From NCBI RefSeq assembly GCF_001194135.2, contig NC_068985.1, positions 71,467,808 to 71,531,807 on the forward strand: a DNA stretch of 64,000 bases. Direction: 5' to 3'. The translations under genes were made by a program, and so were the position numbers. This document shows, in pieces, positions 61,959 through 64,000 of this stretch; position 1 is the first letter of the stretch; each line of letters opens with the position of its first letter. Below the pieces are notes generated by a model that ran no database searches, had not been told where the DNA came from, and saw nothing but the letters and a program-made list of their open reading frames with translations. This DNA comes from Octopus bimaculoides (Eukaryota).

Positions 61959-62331
61959 TATGTATATGTATGTATGTGTGTGTGTGTTATTACAGAGAGA
62001 GAAAGAGAATGTAGGCACAAGCAAATATCATTGTATTTTATTTACATAAACTGTCCAATGTCTATCAAGTCATCACATCTATTCATTGATTAAACACGCA
62101 TATGTTTGTTAAAGTGTAGGAGTAGTGAGCTGGGAGAGATGAAATGCTACATAAGTCACTTAGACATAAATGGCACTTGTCTTAACAAGAAGAACTTACA
62201 AGCAGACAGCTACCAGACTACAAGGCTCCGCTTATTAACAGACATCTCATCAAAAGTCAAATAGTTTTAGACATAACTACTGTCATATATATATGTGTGC
62301 ATGTATGTATATAAGTATGTGTCCATTTGTA

Positions 62332-62381
<50 letters not shown>

Positions 62382-63269
62382 NNNNNNNNNNNNNNNNNNN
62401 NNNNNNNNNNNNNNNNNNNNNNNNNNNNNNNNNNNNNNNNNNNNNNNNNNNNNNNNNNNNNNNNNNNNNNNNNNNNNNNNNNNNNNNNNNNNNNNNNNNN
62501 NNNNNNNNNNNNNNNNNNNNNNNNNNNNNNNNNNNNNNNNNNNNNNNNNNNNNNNNNNNNNNNNNNNNNNNNNNNNNNNNNNNNNNNNNNNNNNNNNNNN
62601 NNNNNNNNNNNNNNNNNNNNNNNNNNNNNNNNNNNNNNNNNNNNNNNNNNNNNNNNNNNNNNNNNNNNNNNNNNNNNNNNNNNNNNNNNNNNNNNNNNNN
62701 NNNNNNNNNNNNNNNNNNNNNNNNNNNNNNNNNNNNNNNNNNNNNNNNNNNNNNNNNNNNNNNNNNNNNNNNNNNNNNNNNNNNNNNNNNNNNNNNNNNN
62801 NNNNNNNNNNNNNNNNNNNNNNNNNNNNNNNNNNNNNNNNNNNNNNNNNNNNNNNNNNNNNNNNNNNNNNNNNNNNNNNNNNNNNNNNNNNNNNNNNNNN
62901 NATACAAACATATAAATATAGATACAAACACACACACACACACATACATATGAAAGGCTCAAACCAGGCCTTTTGTTTAAATTTAATTAAGAGAAACTGG
63001 AAAAATCTAGTTTTATGATTTGTGGTGGGTGGGGTGAAGAAGCTGTGGTTGTATCTTCTTTTACTTTTATCACCTTGTGTGATAGGTGTGATGAGGGCAG
63101 AGGGAATTTTTAGCTTGGTTGGAGACAGGTGAAGATTGGTGTTACTAAGGACATCTGGTTATAGAAAAACTGCTTCAATGAATTCTGCTTGACTGGTGGA
63201 GCTATGTAGAAAGTCATTTTAAAACGATGATAAAGCTGATATATGTATGCATATATGCAAATGTGTGGG

Positions 63270-63309
<40 letters not shown>

Positions 63310-63959
63310 CATTTAATATCTGTTTTCCACGGTGGCAAGGATTGGATGGCTTGATAGAAACTGGCAAGGTCAGGGGCTGTACCAGGTTCCATAGACTGTT
63401 GTGGCTTGGTTTATACACACACACATATATTGCATGTGTGTGTGTGTGTATATATATATATACACATATATATATATATGTATGTATATTCACAATCAAG
63501 GTGGAAAAGTTGCGTGCTCTGAGTGAACAAGGTAATGTAATCCAATGGTAGAATGAATTCCGCAAATTAGGTACTCCAAAGTCACTCAGAAGGCCTGGGG
63601 TCAATGTGAGCATGCGGTAAATAGTAAATACAAAAAAACATGTAATAATAATAATAATAATGGACTCTACTGTCGCAAGACAATATATGAGGGTTCGGTA
63701 AGAAATTGCTGAACAAACACACAGATGATTTGTTTATAGTGTTCAAATGTTTGTGTATACATAGCTCACTCCCTCAATCAAATTGGCATTACCTGTACAG
63801 GTGCACCATGTGCTACATGTGAGATGACGAAATGATTGTAGAGCGTCGTGAATTGAAGTTCTTTGCTGAAGAACACAACACAACAATTGGACTGGGAATT
63901 GAACCCACAATCTTGCAATTGTGAGTGCAACACCCTAAAAACAAATCCATGTGTGTGTT

Positions 63960-64000
<41 letters not shown>

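Noticed and set aside
1-64000. Long ORFs in the track rich in YI/HT/CV dipeptides or X runs
   Set aside because: They are translations of (TA)n, (CA)n and (TACA)n microsatellites or read-through of N gaps, not genes.

Overview
This is AT-rich, repeat-dense metazoan DNA, most likely intronic or intergenic octopus genome. That assignment is inferred from the SINE families and the extreme (TA)n/(CA)n/(TACA)n load. Twelve N-gaps cover about 6 kb. No intact protein-coding gene, rRNA, true tRNA or CRISPR array is supported, and almost all ORFs in the track are microsatellite or N-gap read-throughs. The window contains many tRNA-headed SINEs (several families, one carrying a Nin/Deu-type core), about 25 decayed copies of an old (AAC)n-tailed repeat, hAT MITEs with 8-bp TSDs and a Helentron-type HINE. 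It also holds three Tc1/mariner transposase relics (one a near full-length DD37D/maT element with TIRs and TA TSDs), CR1-, RTE- and Tx1-like LINE fragments, and Penelope-type repeats with decayed minimal hammerhead motifs. The most notable unexplained signal is a set of local fold-back hairpins of 26-69 bp (3662-3749, 25695-25802, 28768-28835, 57650-57747, 60034-60170). Some have pri-miRNA geometry and two appear to be built from SINE sequence. There are also inverted SINE pairs (potential dsRNA) and a candidate 6-nt microexon at 26556-26561. All calls were made by eye and none has been database-checked.
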